In this document: in pieces, positions 57,380-64,000 of the stretch
Position numbering within the stretch: position 1 is the stretch's first letter
Layout of the letters: each line of letters starts with the position of its first letter
Assembly (NCBI RefSeq): GCF_009914755.1
Contig: NC_060940.1
Length of the DNA: 64,000 nt
Strand: one strand, 5' to 3'
DNA from: the human T2T-CHM13v2.0 reference genome, Homo sapiens
Program-made: the position numbers and the translations under genes
The notes under the pieces: model-generated
Told to the model about the DNA's origin: nothing
The model's input: only the letters and a program-made list of their open reading frames with translations
Databases searched by the model: none

Positions 57380-58410
57380 GTCAATTTTATGACAAAATTA
57401 ATCTGCAGCGTGACTTGTGGAGCCCCAGAGGGAGGTCACGGAGGCCGGTAAATATGTAAACGTGGGTTTTTCGGTTTCCGTTTCGCATGAATACAAAATA
57501 AACTGCGGCCCTGCCCACGCTGGAAAGTTCTTCCTTAAAGTTAATAAAATCTGTCAACTTCCATAAAGGCCGAGAGAAAGGGGGTGCACAGGTGCAGACG
57601 TTCGGGCTGAGGCTCGAGAAGTCGAGGCAGCTAATAAAAAGCCCTGGGCACCGCGCGCCTCCTTCCCCATCAATTCCCATCAAGCGTTATTAGAGTCATC
57701 TGCCGTCTCCGAGGTGCGTCCCCCGCGCTCGCCCCGCAGAAGCGACAATGACATTTGGCTGCGCTGCAGGTGCGGCTGTGTGTGGCCGCGCGGCCGGAGT
57801 GGGGCCGCCTTTGTGGCGCTCGGGTCCTTTGATCTGGGCCACAAAGGGCCGAGAAGCTGCAGCCCCCGGCTTTCTGCGGACGACTCCGCCCGGGCCTGGG
57901 AGGGGGCAGGATGGGGGTGGGGGCGAGGAGGGAGGAGAGCCGGGAGAAGGAAGGGGGCCGCAGGAGGGGGTGATCCATAATATTTATTTCAACAATAGCT
58001 TCAAATCTTTTTAAACATCATAAGAACACGGCTCATTAAACCCACAACAGCCTTGAAATTGTGTTATAAAACCGCAAAACAGAAATCAATACATTTGCTA
58101 GAAAGGAGGTAATGAAATATATTGAGTTGCCTGAGAAGTGGTTTGTATGAATCATAATATTATTATGTGCGCATCAATTCCATTTCCAATACTTAAAGTT
58201 AACCAGCTAGCGAAGAGCACCCTGAACCCTCGTTAAACAAGCTCTCCCCGATTATTTGCTAGCCCAGCCCATCCTATAAATATCCTGGGGCGGGGGTCCG
58301 ATCAATGCGGCCCACCCTAGAGCTTCAGCTGCTGCAGGCCTATTGCTTCCCGGCCTGATCAATACACGCTCACAATGGCCAGAAGAAAGCCAGGGGCAGG
58401 CCCGGAGCTC
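57380..58410. promoter_or_regulatory. CpG island / promoter-enhancer with a TATA box at 58275-58282
   Basis: Highest non-Alu CpG density in the window (57400-57960); repeat-free; G-run cluster; TATAAATA followed by GGGGCGGGG. Confidence 0.7.
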
Positions 58411-60009
58411 CAGGCTGGAGCCTCCAGCCCAGAGGAAGAGCATGGCCAGTTTCTACAAAGGGGCCTTTGGCCAGCTGTTCGTCTCCTCCCAACCAGAGAC
58501 TGCAGCTTCCCTCCCCAGCCCTCTGGTGAGGAGGTCCGGGTTCCTACTGCTTCCTCTACTCTAGGGTGTGTGAATATGAGCAACCAGGTCCCTGCACTCA
58601 GCACCCTAGTATCCACCCCATGCAATGGGCAAGCTGCAATTTGTTTTCTCATTCCTTTGTTTGTGAATGATGCTGTATTCTTTACGCTGCACTGTCAGTG
58701 AATTAAAAGTGGATGCATGTTCCTCATTCTCCTTCTTGATATATTTCGAGTAGGACTCAATTCTATAATGTACAGGAAGCTGAAAATCAGGGAGAGATTC
58801 TGGTTTTCTGGGGTCTGTAGCTTATGCAATTTGGAGGAGAGGCTCTCTTCAAGAAAAATGATCATACTTTTGCAAATTTCATAAAAATATATGAACACAT
58901 TGCCAAGATCGTTCCCAGGTCTTAGAGGGGGCTTGGTGGTTGGGGACCCCAAAGCTGGAGCTTCATAGCTTCTGCAGGAGTCTAAGCCAGAGGAAGGCCA
59001 GGCTCCCTGAAATTATCCATACATTTCTGTGCTGCCTCCACTTTCTGGAATGTGTGTCCCCTAAAGGATGCAACTTTGTTTGGCTTTCTTCCCTCTGTGT
59101 CCTGAGAAATAGTGACCATCACCTAATAGGTATCGGGTGAGCAGGTGGATCTGGGAGTGATTAGCTCTGTAGGGTCAGCCTGGAAGCCACAGGCTCGTGT
59201 CTCAGCCACAGCAATTTGTCTGAGGGCTTGAGATGGGCAGCCTCTTTGTACACCTTCTGGCTCCACCTGTGGCCTTTGCACCCGTGCATTTGGACTGACT
59301 TAAAACAAGAACTGGTTGACTCCTGGAACATTCTCGGGTAGTCAGTAGAACACAGGACAGCCGCATGTAAACCCTTACATGTGAACACGGGCACACACAC
59401 CATGCCAGGTCAAGGAAGGCGTGACTCCCCAGGTAATCCACGTGCTGATAAGGCTCTTTCTGGTTTTGGGTTGCCACTACCTGGAAGGCAGGGAGGAGGT
59501 AGAAGGGGTGCAACGGGTGTTTAGTGAGTAGAGGCCAGGGATGCTGCCAAATATCTTACAAGGCACAGAGCAGCCTCCAAAACAAAGAATGTCCAACCCC
59601 AAATGACAATGTTGCTGAGTTTGAGGGACCTTGGGCTGAGGCTGCACCAACTTTTTTCTTTTAAGAATTTACAGTGCTGCTGTAACTGCGTCAACCACAG
59701 TTTCTTTGACATTCTCTCTAAATGGGTTTGGGGAATGCTGAAACTCCCTGTTCCTCTTCTGCTATAATATCATGGCTGGGGAACAGGACTTTTATTCCAG
59801 CCTTCCACCTGTTTACCACCAACAGCTGTTGTCCCCAGTATGCTGCTGCTGCTCCTGTTGCTGCTGCTGCTACAGCTCCAGGCCCTTGCTCTGGTGCCAC
59901 TGGAGCAAAATCTCTCCCCAAGACCCCGGGTGAAGAGTGCTGCTCCAACACAACAACCAGTCACCTGCTTGCTGAGGATTGGTTGTCATGCTCCTGCTTG
60001 GCCCACAAG
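58305..60009 (+). ncRNA. Putative spliced lncRNA or sORF transcript: exon 1 ~58305-58525, exon 2 ~59826-60009; continues downstream
   Basis: TATA at 58275; donor CTG|GTGAGG at 58525/6; acceptor CAACAG| at 59825; donor AAG|GTATCT at 60009/10. Based on motifs only. Confidence 0.35.
59505..59633 (+). mobile_element. MER20 3' half
   Basis: 'gagtagaggccagggatgctgccaaatatcttacaaggcacagagcagcc'. Confidence 0.8.
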
Positions 60010-60581
60010 GTATCTGACTTGATTCATTTCAGAATCATTGCAAAATCATTGCAGATTCTGCAGTACAAATACAGGAATCAGACAATAAATGTGCCTGTAT
60101 TTCAGTATCTAAAAGCTGGGTGACAATAATTTTTCCAGCACTAGACTTTCTCCCGCTGATGTTGTTCTTATTTTCCAGCCCCCTTCTCCTTTTTCCCCTC
60201 CCCCACTGCTTGTTGTCTCGTGCTTATCCCAGAATTGATCATCCCTACCGTCCTGGCCGTCTGCAGAGACAGACTTTGCAAGAACCCAAGTTTCTGCTGT
60301 CACTGGCCAGGAGAGATCAGTGGTCAACTGAAACAGCACAAATGTGATTTTCTTTGTCTGGAGAGGGGACTGCAATTCCTGCGACATAATCCCAATTATG
60401 CACAATTAGCTGACTCAGGCCAATGCTGGCCACTTATTGACCAGGCAGATGCTCACCCAGGCTATGATTTTGTCATTGCAGAACCTGGAAACCAGTGTAA
60501 TTTGAGCACAGAAAATTGAGAAATAGCCCCATATTTCCATACCTACAGATAATCCCCTTATCATATTAAGAGCCAAACTAG

Positions 60582-60928
<347 letters not shown>

Positions 60929-61629
60929 TAGAGTTTTATTTTAAAACATTATCCTTAAAATTGTTTTTAGTTCCAGCATGAATCTGAGAAAGGAGACTAA
61001 AAGAAAAACTCTATGGGATAAAATTCTCCATATTGTAGAGCTCAGAAATGCCTAAGAAAAATTAGCCCTGATGATTTAATTGTAAAACTTTGGAGAAGGA
61101 CAAAGTTTAGAAAAACAAAAAAAAAATTGCCCAGTTCTGAACACATTAAACTAACTCAAACAAAATAACTCAATCCTCCTTTGAGTCAGAGTTTGTCATA
61201 AAAAAGTGTTTTTTTTTAAACCAAGCACACAAAACATTAGGAATTCCTCCAAAGTTTTAAGCAATTTATTCTTGTTTACTATGTTTATGATCTACAGTGT
61301 ACCCATGAAGTCTGGAAACAGACAAATATTTAATAATGTGGTCAAAGACATCTTCAGTCATAAAAGCAACTCATAATATCTACATTTCTAGACTTCATGG
61401 ACATCTTTTATTATCACTGTCATGTAGACAATACAAATGAAAATCTAATTAACATTTCTCATGCCATATGCAAATATGTAGGCAAGTTGAGAGTAAATGT
61501 ATCTTCTTTTACCTGACAATGTATTACAGTTGTGTAAATTTTTCAGAGTACAGATCAAATTTTAAACTATTGAAGATGCCTTTGTAAAGTGAAGAATCTT
61601 TATGAGAAGTAAATTTACCAGTTCTTTAA

Positions 61630-61950
<321 letters not shown>

Positions 61951-62261
61951 AAACTAGAGGTTTTTGTAGATTGGATTTGCTTAAAGTAAGACACAAAATG
62001 ATGATAGTAATCATGATGATGAAGATGAGGATAGTAGTTCATGTTCATTGAACTTTCTTATGTGACACACATTCTGCTGTGCACTTTACATGGTTTATTT
62101 CAACAGAATCTTCTTCTGTCTTTCCTGCCTGGATCAGGATACATCTTTCAGCATATAAACCCAGTACAGCAAAGATCTTTGACTTGATTTCTAGGCATGA
62201 ATTCTATTATGAATTAGGCATGCAAGAACAGGAAGATCATAGAAAACTCAAAATCTACAAC

Positions 62262-62385
62262 CCTGCATTCTGCTCCCAGCTCTTTCAAATAACAGGCTAT
62301 ATGACCTTGGCCAGATCACTTACCCTTTCTAGGCCTCGGTTTCCCTTAGTGTGAAGCAAAATTGTTCTAGGGCTAAAAGTTCTAG
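62262..62385 (+). mobile_element. MIR
   Basis: 'ggctatatgaccttggccagatcacttaccctttctaggcctcggtttccc'. Confidence 0.75.
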
Positions 62386-64000
62386 AATCATATTACCTTC
62401 AACTCTATTGATAAGAAAGCTCCCTTTGTTTTTAACAAAGAATCCAACTAACAGACGCCATTGCTTATGGGTAGGTAAAGTGTTAACCACAACCCGGACT
62501 TTCTGTTCTACTGGGAGGCCCATTGCACTAATGGAACCATTTGAAAGAAATCTTAGGAACCAATTCTAATGCTCTTACTTAGAATTGCAAAGTCAGTTTG
62601 AACCAGGGCTTGATGACTTACTTGACAACTATTTGTAAGCTTGTCTTATGCCCCACTTAGACTTCTAATTCTTGAGGGCAATGTTAATATCATATTCACA
62701 TGGTATCGCCATGGTATCTGGCAGGCAGATAGATGCTGCCTAAGTAATTGTTGAATCAAAGATGAATTGTTGAATCAAGATTTGACTTGGAGATTTCTAC
62801 TTGAGTTGGAGTCATTATTTTGAGAAATTCTGAAGCTGGAAGCACATTTGTCCACATTTTGAAGTTTATTCCCTACAACCACCTATTCTTAATACCTATA
62901 CCACACAAGCCAACTCTAGTCCAAACTGTTTGAATCTGGGATTCAATTGACTATGAGCAAATCCCATTTGTCACACTGCCTAAGTTTACAGTCCTTTCCA
63001 GCTGGGGTTTGATCAGTTGGATCGTATGTGGGTGTGTGTTTTCAGAAGTAAGTTCTTGTGCAGCCACTTGCATGCTTTGGTATATTTTTATGTCTGCATA
63101 CATGTATATCCTGCCAGTGAGAAATGTGCTGCCTTTCTACAGCCTTGCAAATCTTAAGCACTAGCTATATCATTTTCAGCATTTGAATCAATGTGTTAAT
63201 GGAAAATTACAAAGAAAATGAGTATTTGGAAACCAAAGGTTGCCAACTAAGAGCAGAAAAAATAAAATACTGCACCTGAGAATTGACTTCCCATCCATCT
63301 CTTTTATTCTTGCACTTATTTTATAGCCAACATACTCTCTTTTAGCCCATGATTGCTTATTTTAAATTGTCTTCCAGTCTCAGGACTCTGTCTCTCTTCC
63401 CCAGCTCCCCCTTCTTCTCTCAGGCCTCCCAAATGATACAGTCTGTGTCATTAGCCGATGCTGTGGATTAGAGCCCAGAAAAACTTCTTGTTTTCAGCCA
63501 ACCCTGGGGAGAGGAGATGAGGAGAAGGGAAAATGCCTTCCCCCAGAAGATGATCCGATAGCAAGTGAGGCTCCACTGACCCCTCACTGCCAGTCTGAGG
63601 CTCTGCAGATGAGCCCCATAAAATACTGCAGAAGGCTTAGCTGCCAACAAGCGCAGCACACAGAGATGATCTAGTCAGAGGCACGAATCGATCTCAAGAC
63701 GTGAATCACTGACCTTAGCCCACGCTCACCCTCCCTAAATCCTGAGTCCATGTTAACTAAAGATTGCATTTCCGTTGTTACATCTCAGGCAGCAATTCTT
63801 GATTTCTGTTGAGTTTTATATCTCTTACCCAGCACCCATTTGGGAAGACTTTTTGTTTAATCTTCTAAATATCTGAAACACAATTCCAAACATTTCCAAG
63901 TTAAACTCCCCTTCCATTCACAATAAACCCCAGCAAGAATCTGATCGAAGAAAAGGTGCCGCAGACATTCTCTTTGTTCTGGATTGAACCAGTGGTATTT

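Noticed and set aside
58785-58985. Possible hAT-Tip100-type DNA transposon remnant
   Set aside because: Partial resemblance only; family and ends could not be supported.
59722-60123. 133-aa Ala-rich ORF overlapping the sORF
   Set aside because: Alternative frame of the same CTG/GCT run; no homology, and its ATG lies upstream of the plausible acceptor.

Overview
Human-type (primate) non-coding genomic DNA, rich in repeats: about 25 Alus (J/S/Y), L1 fragments of many ages, MIR/L2, MaLR/ERVL LTRs, one nearly complete MSTA element and MER20/MER5. I found no intact conserved protein-coding gene. The only clearly gene-derived sequence is a processed SOD1 pseudogene (51340-52304, + strand) with UTRs, A-tail, TSD and an AluY in its 3' end. 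About 6 kb downstream is a CpG island with a TATA box and plausible spliced exons of a + strand lncRNA-like transcript, which carries a leucine-rich, signal-peptide-like sORF. From memory, and unverified, this layout fits the 16q12.1 CYLD-SALL1 interval (SOD1P2 region). Main observations: (1) an L1MA insertion whose TSD also encloses a ~213-bp, ~96%-identical copy of unique DNA from 1.35 kb upstream; (2) a 139-bp human-specific pre-Ta L1HS insertion; (3) ancestral pre-simian residues preserved in the SOD1 retrocopy; (4) several repeat-free, motif-dense blocks that look like developmental enhancers. Repeat subfamily names are by-eye calls. I see no evidence for a wholly new multi-gene system.
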